Shown piece after piece: positions 24,301 through 37,961 of a DNA stretch of 64,000 bases. The stretch lies in the NCBI GenBank assembly GCA_043228905.1, contig JBHGNT010000018.1, forward strand, positions 3,348,001-3,412,000, written 5' to 3'. A program made the translations under genes and the position numbers. The stretch is from Azolla caroliniana (taxonomy: Eukaryota; Plantae; Polypodiophyta). The first letter of the stretch is position 1. Each line of letters starts with the position of its first letter. A model generated the notes under the pieces. It was not told the DNA's origin. It made no database searches and saw nothing but the letters and a program-made list of their open reading frames with translations.

Positions 24301-26556
24301 GATGATGAGGAAGAGTACCGACTTTTACCTTGTCAAATACATCAGCATAAGGATGATATTTCGCCAGAAGTTGCAGTAAGGATTCCTTCTTAATATTGCT
24401 GGAAGGATGTACTGATATTGCAAATAGAAACATTGCCTCCTTGTGTCCTTAGCGTAATTGATGGAGTGAAATGGTCGAAACTCGATGAGTAGATTCTTGG
24501 GGTTGTCGATATCGGACTTCTCTTGTTCTCCAATCTATGTCTGGATTATGTAATTCAAACCAAGATAATCCCAGGACAATGGGATGCTCTGGACTACTAA
24601 TTATATTAAATGATACCACACACACAAAACTACCTAGGACAACCTGAATGGGTTCTGACTCTTCTACAATATTCCTGGAATCAATGGGACGACCATCAAT
24701 GACTACTACAGATGAGGGGCAAGGAAGTTTTCTTAAGGATATCTGAGAAGCTTGGGCAAAATTTCGATCCATGAAACAGGAATTGGCTCCAGAATCTAAA
24801 AGTGTTAGGACGTGTATTGGAGGTGTACTTTTAGTACTAACCATGACTTGCTTGGAGGGAATGGAACCACTAATGGGTTGTACAGATCTAGGGTTGTCCA
24901 ACCAAACGACTCCTATTTTGGCTTGACTCAGTTGTTTAACTCTTCTTCTAATTTACTAAGGATTTAAAATTTGTTTGAGATACTTGGTCTATTAGTACTA
25001 TTAATACTATCAAACACTCCTAAGGGAAGAATTGATTCGGGTTTAGTACAGGCTACGATTTGATTTACCTGTCTTCTTGGCCTATGGGACAGTTGATTGC
25101 GATATGCCTTGGTCCACCGCAATAAAGATATAATCGATTTGCACGTCGTCATTGCTTTTCTTCTTCTGATAACGGGCCACGTCGGTGCATGGTGTTGATC
25201 TCCATCGGTGTTAGAGTATTTGCTTGAGATACGTCTCGCGCAAACGGTTTAGCCACGACTGAGGCGTATGTGGGCTCTGGCCTAGGGCGTGGTATTTGTA
25301 ATTGACGTTCAGAACGCCATTCGAAAAGGCGGTTGTCGCATTGGACCGCTCGACTGATTGCCTCTGTAAGAGACTTTGGTTCTTCGGGGAAGGTTAAGAG
25401 TAAATCTTTGACATCGTTTCGCAGGCCATAGCGAAACTGCTCGATTAGTGCCTGATCATCCTAGGGGATATCTCAGGCGAGTAGATGGAAATCCACCGCA
25501 TAGGCAAAGGCTGGATGATCACCTTGACACAATCGTCGGATTTTGTTGATCGTCGTCCTGATGTTGTCGGTATCTCCAAAGCAGGCTTTAAACTCACTAA
25601 TAAAGTCTTCAAAGTTATTAAGAAAGGGCGATTGTTTTTCTAGAAGCGGAGCGAACCATGCCAAGGCTAAGTCGCTAAGCAACGTGCATATTAGGCCGAT
25701 TCGGGATGCATCAGTGGGGTATCGGGAAGGATGCATTTGAATGACTAAGCGTACTTGATTAAGAAATCCCCTGAATTGCGATCACGTTCCATTGAATTTC
25801 ACAAGAAGTCCAATCTTGGGCTCTTTATGAAAGCCTTGGGGACTCGATCCTTGTTGTTGCAACGCTACGATGATTGCTTCGAGTTGTTGTACACGTAACG
25901 CTAACTCCCCATGTTGTTGTTGCAACTCCCCATGTTGTTGCTGCGTTTGCTATTTTTCTAGAGAGATTTGTTGAAGATCCCCTAACAATCGTTGGTTTTC
26001 TTGTTCCAAGGCAACAAATTTTTCTTTTAGACCCTGTAGCTCGTAGAAAACGGATTGATATTCTTGGGCGCTAACAATAGCCATAGTATTGGAAAAAAGG
26101 GGTAAGAGGATGAGGGAAACCGAAAAGAAGACTAGAGGAAAATTGGTTCAAACTGTCGAGAATAGTACTAAAACAGAGAGAGATTTAGTACTGGAGAAGG
26201 GAAGTACAATTAGTACTAAGAGGACGGGACTATGTAAGACTCCAGAGAGAGAGAGAGAGAGAGAGAGATGATGATGATGATGATGATAACAGTAAGTACA
26301 AAATGGCTATGAGGCTTAAGACTGGCGTTGAACCAATTTGGTTCAACATAATGCCTTGTGCCTCCTTTTAAAGTGTTATCAGGAGGAGTCCTGAAGCTTT
26401 TAGAATGTTCTAGAGAAATCTGGAATATACATTAATTTCCTATAATAAAACTTAAATGAAAATAATATTTTATGTATTACAGTAGATGGTATAATGGTCA
26501 AGATCTTGACCTATATAACATAAGGTTATGGGTTCGAGTCTTGCCATATCATGACA
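21316..26556 (-). mobile_element. Degenerate Ty3/gypsy chromovirus (Tcn1-like): gag-PR-RT-RNH-INT-chromodomain. 5' LTR 26233-26556, 3' LTR truncated to 21316-21384
   Basis: Motifs [19 protein letters not shown]...[22 protein letters not shown] and chromodomain EYEVVAVLDS...YYLVNWLGY...TWEP. PPT at 21385-21400. The 5' LTR reads TGTCATGA...TCTTACA and 69 bp are shared between the two LTRs. Confidence 0.9.
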
Positions 26557-26729
26557 AGAAGACCCCTTTTTATCACCTTGGGTGAATCCACTTTTATGTA
26601 TTTAGTGTTAAGAGGTTGAGGAGGCGAATGCTCGAAGAGGCGTATTCTTTCGGGAGGCAAATGCTTGAGGAGGTGAACCTTGTCCACCGACCGTTGTGTT
26701 ACGCTTTTGACCTTCTCTCTCATGCAATG

Positions 26730-28440
26730 GTTTGGAACTGATTACCATGTTGGGTTATGCTTTGTACACTTCTTCTTCTTTTTTAATAAAGATTCACCTT
26801 GGTATTATTGGAAAAGGCCAACTTGATGGAGCATATCTCCACTTTATTCTCTCCCCAAAAGAGGTGAAGACCTTTGCCTTTTTCCAAATTTCTCGAAAAT
26901 GTTGTTGCTTACGAATCACAACCTCGGGCTCACCAGTTATTGCCTCATATTGACCTCTTTGAGTATGTGGGAGCATCAAGCATATGTCCTTGACTAATTC
27001 AATAGAATTTTGTTTGACTTTTTGAAGTACACATTTACATCTTGCCTTCCACAATACCCAAACTACTAAAGAAGATATCGTAGACCAAACCTTGTCCTCT
27101 TCCAAACAACGGATTGTTGATGGATAAGAGACCTCCAATACATGTCTTCCATAGAGAGGAGTAGAAAATCAACATACTCCTTTTCATAATTTTGTATTTC
27201 TTCAACCAATTGTCCCCATCTTACAAAACCCATGTATACACTTGTTTACCATAAATGGGCCATAAATAGGATACAAAATTCTCAACATCATTATCCAAAC
27301 TGCTCTAGCAATAGGACATACCCATAAAACATGGTGAACCAATTCAATGGTGAACCAATTCAATGGTGAACCAATTCAACTATCACATTTTAAATCATGG
27401 CAATGACCTTGCATCCATGATTTCACAAGAATGCCATTATGTAGCAACAACCATCTAAACAATACAACTTTTTTAGGAATTTGCATGGCTCATAGACATT
27501 TCTAATAAGCCTCCGACCAAGATTCTTGTACATTACCAAATCTCCAAAATTTACAAGGTGTTGGCATAAAAGCCACACCCCTCCTTAGCAATTCTCTACC
27601 CATTTTTACCGAGCACTGAAAAAATGGGATTTGCTTACCTATAATTCCTTACACTAATATGATTTTCCATTTCCACTCACTGGGATCCCACAAAAGGTGA
27701 TCAATGGGCTTATTCTCATAGACCCACAATTTAGATAAATTGTTTATATCATTTGGATGTGGATTCAACATCCATTTTTTATCGTTCTTCCACAATATAC
27801 ACATAGGCAACATACTCCCTTGAGTTACAACTTCGTGTTCCATAAAGAGAGAATGAAGACGTCCAAAAGGCAAAACATCAAAATAAAGACATTCATGAGA
27901 GTTTTTATAACCATGACCCCCAACAAGACATGTAAAGATGAAAATATACCATACCAAAATAAACACTCTACCCATTTTTGCATACATAATGTTCCGTCCC
28001 CCAAACTGGTCTACAAACACGAGTTTTGTTTTCCATCATTGAAGAATAAAAAGGCATCCAATTCTTTACTGACCCAACTTCTCCTCTATCAAAATCAGCC
28101 CACTTCAACCTAATTCTCTTCCCTAACATTACCCCCTCCTCTTATAGAAATAGTGGGTTCATTAAAGTTTTGGCGCAACCATTCCTCTGTACATGATGGT
28201 TGAGATTAGACCAAGTTATGTTTCAAATCCTACAATGCCTTCATGATACCCCTAAAAAACTTGTCCTCATGAAAATATCAATGGAATGATTAAAATCTCT
28301 TAAAAACCACCATCTAATATTATCTTTCCAATTGCCATCTATAGAAGGCATAACCTTAACCATTCTCTACCTTAAGATTTTTTTTCCATGGCTCCCCACC
28401 TAGCAACAAGCCTCTTATAATAAATTTTCCCAAAAAAGCT
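26730..28440 (-). mobile_element. Decayed L1-type LINE 3' fragment (zf-RVT region)
   Basis: WSTISSLVVWVLWKARCKCV and other Trp-rich remnants, with many stops. Confidence 0.65.
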
Positions 28441-29544
28441 TTCTACACAATATTAATACCAAAATGACCTCATATTCAGAAGTAGATGCTAGTCTATACA
28501 AGAAATCCCTTTATAAATTAGGGTTTGCAAAATAATCAAGTGATTACGCACAACAATGGTAAAGTAGGAAAGTAAGAAGCAGAAGCAAAAACCTAAACTC
28601 TCATGAAGATGAGGGGAAAAAACCCCTAAAATCCTAATTAAGTGTAGAAGAAGAAGAAATCCTATAAAATTCCTTTTCTCCTCTTTGTATAGAGGAGGCA
28701 CCTATTTTGGGAATTAAATGTAGTTCATCCCTTTTGGCTTCGAAAATGCAAAAAAGGGAAATACGCATTGGTAAAGATTTGAACTCTACACCTCTTATAC
28801 ATAAGTCAACGCCATTTACTTATATACATAAGTCAACGCCATTTACTTATATATATTTATGTTTTGTGGTTGTCCTCCTTTTGCCATTTTCCTTGTTCTC
28901 TACATTCGGACACACCACATCACGACACCATTGTTCGTGAGCTTGGGCCATGAAACCACTATAATAATGGGAGTCCTTCCTCCTATTATAATCCTTGTTC
29001 TATTGTAATCATTATTATAAACGCTTTCATAACCACTATTATAATTAATTTGTACGTGTGATGTAACCTTATCTTGTAAAAGGGATTTTTCTAGTAAAAC
29101 TAGAGTTTTGGGCCTTAATCTTGGTCTTATTATCACATACAAGTGTACTTATCCCTAATGTTAGGTTGACTACTTGAGGACTTTTGTGGTGAGAGAGAAA
29201 GAGAGAGGCTGAATTATAGTGTCACTGAAAGGAGACAGATTCCCTCGACTCAAATCTAAGCTTTCCTCAACTCGAGCCTATTAAAGCTTTCCTCTACTTG
29301 AGCCTAAGTTTCTTCCCTTCCTCAGTTTAGTCTTAAGCTTTCCTCAATTCAAGTTTAGGCTTTTCTCAAATTTAGTCTTACCTCTACTTGAATCAAATCA
29401 TCGATCTTGGCAGCCTTATTTCGCAAAAAGGGAAATTTACTTGGGCAACACATGAAGGGGTTTAAAAGTTTTCTTGCATAACATCTCACACTCCTTAGTT
29501 CAAGTTCCCTATGGTCTTTACATATCTAGTAGTGTGAAGTAAAA

Positions 29545-30240
29545 ATAATGCCTTCAATATCTTATCTTGTTAGAGCATATCGTTATTAACCATTAGGTCA
29601 GAGGTTTTGTTCATCTTATGTTTAGGTGTTTCCTTATATATGTAAACTTATGATGACCACTATTTCTTGCCACATTGTTTTGGATAGAGCATTAATCTTG
29701 CTTTAACAATGTACTACTTAGCTACCTTGTGGTAAAGAAATGACTTCAATAGCTCACATGGTTAGAGCATATTGTAGGTAACCATATCCTCTCCTTAGAA
29801 TGACTATGAAAACTACCAATGTCGTTCATTTTATGTCTAAGTGCTTGGATCTTTAAACTCAATGATTCGGATGGAGCATTGTTTCAACCAAGCTTAGTGT
29901 GTAGGTAACTTATATTTGAATATCAAAATAATGGACAATGGCTTCATATGTTTAGAGCATATGGTTGTTAACCATTAGGTTGGAGGTTGGAGCTCTCCTT
30001 GGTGCGACTTTGAAAAATACCAATTTTGCTCATCTTAAGTTTAGGTATTTCTCTGGATCAACAAACTCATGAAAAACAATATTGATTGTCGCATTGTTTG
30101 TTGTTAACCATGAGATCAAAGGTTCAACCCCTCCTCTAAAAACCCAATTTTATTATGTTAGTCATGGCTTCAATAGCTCAGTCGATTAGAGCGTATGGTT
30201 GTAAACCATAAAGTCAGAGGTTCAAGCCCTCATTGGAGTG
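29545..30240 (+). repeat. tRNA-Asn-derived array, block 2
   Basis: About five units with the same head and spacer as block 1. Confidence 0.8.
30167..30240 (+). pseudogene. Best-preserved tRNA-like unit (74 nt). Consensus anticodon of the array is GTT (Asn); this copy reads GTA
   Basis: Folds as a cloverleaf: acceptor GCTTCAA/TTGGAGT, D stem GCTC/GAGC, anticodon stem TATGG/CCATA, T arm GAGG-TTCAAGC-CCTC. Confidence 0.7.
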
Positions 30241-30496
30241 ATTCTTGTTATAGGTTTAAGGTTAGGGTTAGTGATAATAGTGACAAAGATAGGAATAGGG
30301 TTGCAATGATGATGATAATGAAGATGAAAATGGTGATTGTGAAGATGATGAGTGGGATTGATAGCGATAGAGATGTTGATCATTGCGGGGTTCATCGCAT
30401 GATTGATAGGGAATGTGGGGTGGGGGGTGGGGCTTAGAATGACTCTAACTCCTTCCTAAGGGGGTTTTACATTGTAGATCCTCCACTCCCATGATC

Positions 30497-30935
30497 ATTT
30501 AATATAGGACTTACACCTTTGTACCTATATTCTACTCACACATGTGCACCTTTGCACATGAGATGTATTGAAGTTAATAATTAGGTAATTAACTAGGGTT
30601 AATTAGTGACTAATTATGTGAGTAGTTAAGTAGTAGAAGATTATTTAATATAGGACTTACACCTTTGTACCTATATTCTACTCACACATGTGCACCTTTA
30701 CACATGAGATGTATTGAAGTTAATAATTAGGTAATTAACTAGGGTTAATTAGTGACTAATTATGTGAGTAGTTAAGTAGTAGAAGATTATTTAATATAGG
30801 ACTTACACCTTTGTACCTATATTCTACTCACACATGTGCACCTTTACACATGAGATGTATTGAAGTTAATAATTAGGTAATTAACTAGGGTTAATTAGTG
30901 ACTAATTATATGAGTAGTTAAGCAGCGGAAGATTA
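30497..30935. repeat. 3 x 146-bp tandem repeat built from two oppositely oriented pieces of the neighbouring Copia LTR
   Basis: Units start at 30497, 30643 and 30789. The first half matches the LTR at ~37424-37495 (+), the second half matches the LTR end in reverse. Confidence 0.85.
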
Positions 30936-30989
30936 TGTGATATGTGTGTGTATGTGTGTGAGAGGAGAGAGAGATAGAGATAGAGAGAT

Positions 30990-32265
30990 TAAAGGTATCT
31001 AAGCATATGATGGCTCATAGATTTTCATTATTACAAGAGACGTGTTCAAACTCACAACCATGGATATCTATTGTTCAATATTTCATAGAGAACAAGGGTT
31101 CAACACATGGGAGGACAACGATTAAGGCTTCATGGTGCCAATTACTAAATGGATGTATTTCACTTAGGGTTCTAGGCTCCACATATGTTCAACACTTGGT
31201 TATCTCATGGTAAGAAGCACTCTTGTTATGTGTATGGAAACCATCATCTAGTAGAGAGCATTGTAATTCTTTGCAAAAAGAGTTGCTTGTGTCTTCTCGG
31301 TTATTATGTTGGCCAGGAAAGGAGAGATTGTGATCTCAATTTAATCATTTGTTTCGTTTGGGGGTCAAAGAGGTGGTAGATATAGTTGAGGCTCCATCTC
31401 AAAGAATTTTGGAGTTTGTTGAAGCACGACAATTATTATGCATTCTGCCTAATTATGGGTTTATTTGGCAACAACTACAAAATATTCCATTGATGCAAGG
31501 TTGAGTAGAAGAACAAGCGTGGATTGATTGGTGTTTAAAGGGTCAAACGTTGTTGTTACAAGTGACTACTAATCTTTTGTATCATTACTGTATTGAGTCT
31601 CTTGGATGATTATCATCTAAGGCTGAAGAAGAATGGAGAATACACAAATCTTATCATGGGTGGTGACAGATCTTACAATGTAGTTGGCATTCTAAATTGC
31701 CACTTGTAGCAAAGTTCTTCATTTGGAGAGTTTTGATTGGAGGATTGCCTTTGGGATTAGCTCTAAAACGTCGTGGACTAGCAACGGGTAATTGTTTTTT
31801 TTGCACTATTCAAATGGAAGATAGTACTCATCAATTTATACAATGTCTGATTGCTTGCCAGATTTGGAGTTACATTTCTCAAATTTGGCAAGTCTTATCA
31901 TGGTGTTATTTGACACCTAAACAGTGGGTGTTTGCACAATTTACACAGTTTGACCCAAAATAAGAGATGGAGATTGCTTTTCTATTTTTGAGATATTGGG
32001 GATTGTGTCATAATTGGAATATGCGCAACGCTTTTGTATTCGATGGTAGACATGGAGTGAAAGCATATCTACGAAAGTTGAAGGGAGTACTAACGTGGCA
32101 ATTTTCTTTATTGGAGCAAGTGGAAATTCCTTCCTCGGTGGAGTGTTTGTCTTGCCTATTGGCAATTCAACATGTTACACTACCCATGTAGTGTAGTTAG
32201 TGGGTGACCATATTCCATTGTCACACTCATTGCAAGTAGTGTTTTTTACACACATTTATTAATAT
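30990..32265 (+). mobile_element. Decayed L1-type LINE 3' fragment inserted in the (GA)n tract of a Copia LTR
   Basis: zf-RVT motif KFFIWRVL.GGLP...CFFC...EDSTHQFIQC...IW. LTR sequence resumes on both sides. Confidence 0.75.
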
Positions 32266-33853
32266 GAGAGAGGAAGTTACACTTATGAACAATAATGTAA
32301 ATGGGGGATGATTAACAAGAGTGTGGCTAAAGACCTTTCCTCTATATTAATTAGCATCATTAAATACAAAAATACCCACAATGAGGTATATATACATCTC
32401 ATGTGCAAAGGTACACATGTGTGAGTAGAATATAGGTACAAAGGTGTAAGTCCTATATTAAATATACTTGGTAGTGGAGGATCTACAATGTATCCCACTC
32501 AAGTACAAAATCCTATTTAAGGCTTTAAGGTCAACACACTAATTAGATTATATCTAGGTAACTATTAAGTTACGTGTGTTGACTAACTAACTAAATTATA
32601 AATTAAGATGAGCTTGATATCTCAACACACCCCCTCAAGCTCAAGTGTGAGGCATCCGAACTCCGGTTTTGCTTTCGACATTCGATGTCGACATATGTTC
32701 GACTTTCGACGTCGGCATATGTTCGGCTTTCCGACATCCAGTTTCGGTTTTGGCGTTGTTCGGCCTTTCCGAGGCAGTTTCGGCTCTTCCCCCTCAACCC
32801 GGTGACGAAGGCTTGTAATGTGAAATGGGTGAAGGCCGATTGCTACCACCCATTGTGGGTCACGAGCTCTCAGGCTCTTGTTCAGCCACTACCTTCATCA
32901 TGAAGGCATAATGATGGGCCATGTACTCATTATAGTCGAGCCGAGTGACAAGGTTATTCTCTCAAGATGAGCATCGAAGTTTTTCACTTGCCGAAGTAGG
33001 CGCCTTTTTTACTCCAAGTGTCCACATGATGGGTATACCAAACTCTCTATCTAGTGAGCGAGCCGACACATCCGAATCATTGTCGTGGGGGTGGTCGACT
33101 TCGTATTCGGGCATCTTACCTTTGCCTTTGTCCAAGTTCGGACTTGGCCGCGACGTGCTTGGAAGGCTTGAAGGCTCGGGTGGTTCACTTAGCTCGGTAG
33201 AGCTTGGACGGTCCTTGGGTGAAGGACTTGGACGAATATCGTTCTTCGAGTTATCGTTCAACTCTTCCTCAATCGGGTCGGGTGGAGCCGAATCGGGCTT
33301 ATACCAAGATGATGATTCGTTGAAGACTACGTCCCAACTTACCCGAACCACTCGGGTTGAAGCACTTGTATGCCTTTTTCTCGGACGAGTATCCTACAAG
33401 GATACATTTCTCCGACTTCGCGTTGGAGCTTCCAAACACCTTGAGGTGCGACAGGATCGGCTTCCTTCTGACAAGGAGCTCGTATGGAGTTGGCTCATGC
33501 ACTCCATTAGTGGTACATCGATTCATGAGATAGACGGTCGTGGATGCCGCTTCAGCCCAAGACAAGTTTGGCATGTGCTTCTCATGCATCATGGCGCGTG
33601 CTACCTCGAGTATGTGCCGATTCTTCCTTTCGGCGACTCCATTTTGTTGGGGTGTGTGTCAGCATGAGAATTCTCTCCGAATGCCTTCACCTTGGAGGTA
33701 AGAGATGAATTCGTCGGAGAAGTACTCCTTGCCTCCATCCGATCGTAGGTATCAAATGTGCCGACCGTTTTTTTTTCGACTTGGTCGTTGAGCTTTTGAA
33801 AGTGGGAGAGCACTTCGAGCTACTTCTTCATCGGAAAGATCCACGTGTTGCGG

Positions 33854-34261
33854 TGTCGTGGAGAAAACCGTCCCTAAGCGGAAATTGGGTATAACGTGCG
33901 TAAATCGGCCCTTACACGTGGGCACAAGTTTTGTTGTATATTGCATAGGTAGGTACAAATCGGCGGAGGGGGAATCCTAGGTAGCGCGCATTTGTTAGGG
34001 AGAAGATCGAGGTGTATCCCTGTCCGAAAGGACATGGAATAAACATGATGTAATGGGTGATAACGGCCTCCCTCCTTGGACTATAAAAGAGAGGGAGAGG
34101 TAATGTAAAAAGGGATTGCGTTTTTGGGAGGACGAGTGTTGCCGGACAGGAACTGAGCTCTTCTCCTCTGTCTTCTCCATAGTTGTTCTGTGCAGGTTTC
34201 GGGAGGCTGACTCTACTCCGCGGAACGCCCGAGTGCTTCCGACAGAGTCTCCATCTTTCGT

Positions 34262-34303
<42 letters not shown>

Positions 34304-34541
34304 TGTGTGTGCGTGCAAGAGCCAGAGCCTACCACTCACCGGCTTGCCGGTTGTAACACCTTGATTTATATATACATAAACATTCGTTCTGTCTCCATCT
34401 CGCGTTCTGTCTGTCTGTGTGTGTCTATGTGCGTGTGAATTACATAAGTAGTTCCTTCCCCTCTCCTCATTCGGTTATTCCTCGGTCCGAGGCCCCCGTG
34501 GTCCTGCCTCGTTCTCCATGCACGTGGGTAACAACGCGATA
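33854..34541 (+). mobile_element. Solo LTR (688 bp) containing (GT)n, inserted in the Copia integrase
   Basis: TGTCGTG...CGCGATA termini, 4-bp TSD GCGG (33850-33853, 34542-34545), internal TATAAAA. Removal restores GDYSRNTWI. Confidence 0.8.
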
Positions 34542-36532
34542 GCGGGAGTAGTCACCGATGAAGGTGACGTAGTATCGGCATTCGCCAATCATCGGTTTTT
34601 GAGCCGGTCCCCATACATCCGAATGTATGATGTCAAGGAAGCCTTTGCGTGCATAGCTCTCCTTCGGGAATGGGAGTTGATGTTGTTTGTTGAGTTGGCA
34701 TGCTTCGCACACTCAATCGACTCGTTTCGACTCGAATGCCGAAAGTCCGATGACGGCTCCCTTCGATTGCATAGTTCGGAGCCGTTCGAGGTTGATGTGG
34801 TTGATTCTCTTGTCACGCCACAACTCGTTGTCGGTGTCGAATTTGAGGTCTTTGGCATGTATGGCTGATTTCACCTCGTTCGAATCGAGGATGAACATTC
34901 GACCGTCTCTTTGTCCCTTAGCTATGAGTCGGCCATCTTCCTCGATGAAACAACCTTCCTTGTTGAAACGAACTTGCATGCCTTGCTCCACGATTTGGCC
35001 AACCAAGACCAAATCCTTGTTATTGTGGGCACGTACAAGACATTCTTGATGCAAGTTTGTTCACCTTCTTTCCCAAATGGGACATTGCCGATGTGCCGAA
35101 TGGGATGTGTGGTATCATCTCCCGTGTTCTAAGGTCACGAAACCACTCTGGGTGTGATGTCATATGATGTGAGACACTGGAGTCGACGAACCACACGTCT
35201 TCTAATTAGGAGGTGCTTGTGGAGTTGGAGGCCGTTATATAGTTCGCTCTATGTCTCATTACGAATAACCCACCATAATTGTCATATTTAGAGTTGGTGG
35301 CGTAATTTCTAAATTTTCGGCTTGTCGAAGTTGACTCATTTCTCTCCTTCCGACACTCCTCTTCATGGTGGTCGATTTTTCCGCAATAGTTGCATGTTGC
35401 GGGCCTCATTTCCAGACCTTTTTTGGCATGGAAGCTCCCCCTTCTTCCAAAGCTTCCTCGATGGCTTCTGTCTTGTTGTCGAAGGTTTGAATTCCCTTCA
35501 TGTGATGGGATGAATCAACCTCTTCTACCGCCTCGACCTCGTCCTTCGCCACCATCCGAATTCGAGAAGAACATTTGTCCTTCCAATGTCTTGGTCTTGG
35601 TTCGGACGTGGTTCTCTTCAACCATTAGCATTGATTGAAGGTCGAAGAATGAAGGAGGGTTTTCCCTCGCCAAGATTGCCATCCTTAACGAGCCGAATCG
35701 TTGTGCGAGGCCGTCCAAGCATACTTGAACCACGTCGTCTTTGTCGACGTTTATGTTGATGGAGCCAAGGGAGTCGCAAATGCTCTCAATCTTGGCAGTG
35801 TAGTTCGACACAGACATATCTTTTTGTCATATGTTGTTCAACTCTTTCAGGAGTTGAAGCTTGTGTGTCGTCGTATTGGCGGCGAAAATCTTCTTGAGAT
35901 TTTCCCAAGCCTCTTTATCCATCTTAATGTCTCGAATGTGGCTAAGCATGTGGTTGTGGACACATGTTGTGAAGCAATACATTACCCGACTCGCTCCTTG
36001 CTCCCACGTTGGGTAGTTGGCGTTTGTTATGTCAGGTTTGTTTTTTAGTGTGTCGTTGATGTAGCTCCAATACCCTTGGCCAACAAGGTATTGATTCATC
36101 TTGTACCCCCAAGATGAATAATTGCTCCGATCTAGCTTTTCAATAGGGAGCGAGCTACCCATTTGTGTGTTCATGTTGATTAGTGTCTTCTCTTCTTTTT
36201 CTTCTTTGGTTTTTCTTTCTTCGATCACGTACACGTGCTACATAGTGGCACTATGGTAGTCGATAGCCAGATTTGTCGTCGGCATCTCGAACACACAATC
36301 ACAAAGTTGGTGGGCTTAGTGGATGTGTTAAACCACGCGCTCTGATACCATGTTAATAATTAGGTATTAACTAGGGTTAATTAATGACTAATTATGTGAG
36401 TAGTTAAGCAGCGGAAGATTATGTGATATGTGTGTGTATGTGTGTGAGAGGAAGAGAGAGAGAGAGAGAGAGAGAGGAAGTTACACTTACGAACAATAAT
36501 GTAAATGGGGGATGATTAACAATAATGTAAAT

Positions 36533-37697
36533 GGGAGATATCAAGCTCAACTTAATTTAGTTAGTTAGTCAACTCACGTAACTTAATAGTTACCTAGATA
36601 TAATCTAGTTAGTGTGTTGACCTTAAAGCCTTAAATAGGATTTTGTACTTGAGTGGGATACATTGTAGATCCTCTACTACCAAGTATATTTAATATAGGA
36701 CTTACACCTTTGTACCTATATTCTACTCACACATGTGCACCTTTGCATATGAGATGTATATATACCTCATTGTGGGTATTTTTGTATTTGATGATGCTAA
36801 TTAATATAGAGGAAAGGTCTTTAGCTACACTCTTGTTAATCATCCCCCATTTACATTATTGTTCATAAGTGTAACTGCCTCTCTCTCTCTCTTCCTCTCA
36901 CACACATACACACACATATCACATAATCTTCCACTGCTTAACTACTCACATAATTAGTCACTAATTAACCCTAGTTAATTACCTAATTATGAACATAGTC
37001 ACCCGGAGTAAAGAAGGCACTCACATCGGCGAGCGAAAAACTTTGACGCTCATCGGCAAGCGAAAAACTTCGGCTCGTGACTCACGATGGGTGGAAGCAA
37101 TCGGCCTTCGCCCACTTCACACTACAAGCCTTCGTCATCGGCTTGAGGGGGAGGAACCGAAACGCCTCGAAAAGGCCGAAGAAAGCCAAAGGCCGGACAG
37201 AAGCCGACGATGCCGATGAAAGCCAAAGCGAACGTCGAACGCCTCACACTTGAGCTTGAGGGGGCGTGTTGAGATATCAAGCTCAACTAGATTTAGGTAG
37301 TTAGTCAACCATGTAACTTAGTAGTTACCTAGATAGACTCTAGTTTGTGTGTTGACCTTAAAGCCTTAAATAGGATTTTGTACTTGAGTGGGATACATTG
37401 TAGATCCTCCACTCCCATGATCATTTAATATAGGACTTACACCTTTGTACCTATATTCTACTCACACATGTGCACCTTTGCACATGAGATGTATGTATAC
37501 CTCATTGTGGGTATTTTTGTATTTGATGATGCTTTTTAATATAGTTAATCATCCACCATCTTGTCTCGTTGTTCATAATTGTTAACTTCTTCTCTCTCTT
37601 CCTCTCACACATACACACATATCACTTAATCTTCTACTTAACTTAATCATATAATTAGGTACTAATTAACCCTTGCTTAATTACCTAATTATTAACA
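36533..37697 (+). mobile_element. Internally deleted two-LTR derivative of the same Copia family (LTRs 36533-36995 and 37267-37697, ~270-bp interior)
   Basis: The two LTRs match each other. PPT ttgagggggcg precedes TGTTGAG at 37267. The interior matches the 3' internal region at 32630-32880. Confidence 0.8.
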
Positions 37698-37850
37698 AGG
37701 TGTTTCCTTATTACATCTTGCATTGTTGACCATAAGGTCAAAGGTTCAAACCCTCCATAAAGAGACTATGAAAATAACCAATGTTCTTTATCTTATGATT
37801 AGGTGGTTCCTAAGATAAGTAAGCTCGCGACAAGCAATAATGCCTTGCTT
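37698..37850 (+). repeat. tRNA-Asn-derived array, block 3 (one partial unit)
   Basis: ttgttgaccataaggtcaaaggttcaaaccctcc followed by the array spacer. Confidence 0.7.
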
Positions 37851-37875
37851 TAGTGAAGTTTATTACACACTCATT

Positions 37876-37961
37876 ATTGCCCTTCTTCCCGCTTCTATTT
37901 GTCTTGCTGTAATCCATGCCGGTTTGAGAGCTTGGAGAGCAAACTTTCCAAAAGATATTTT
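37876..37961 (-). pseudogene. rpl16: Plastid rpl16 fragment (NUPT), continued at 52863-52876
   Basis: Translates GN|[29 protein letters not shown] across the transposon insertion. Confidence 0.85.

Larger units (their letters stand above)
30865..36532 (-). mobile_element. Non-autonomous Ty1/copia derivative (gag-PR-INT, no RT/RNase H). 3' LTR 32627-30865 split by a LINE; partial 5' LTR 36351-36532
   Basis: PBS TGGTATCAGAGC at 36339-36350, gag zinc knuckle CNYCGK..H....C, protease WFVDSS, integrase CEAC...HSDVWGP, and a PPT at 32628-32640. Confidence 0.85.

Noticed and set aside
30250-30275. Telomere-like TTAGGG/TTTAGGG motifs
   Set aside because: Only two or three degenerate units in low-complexity sequence.
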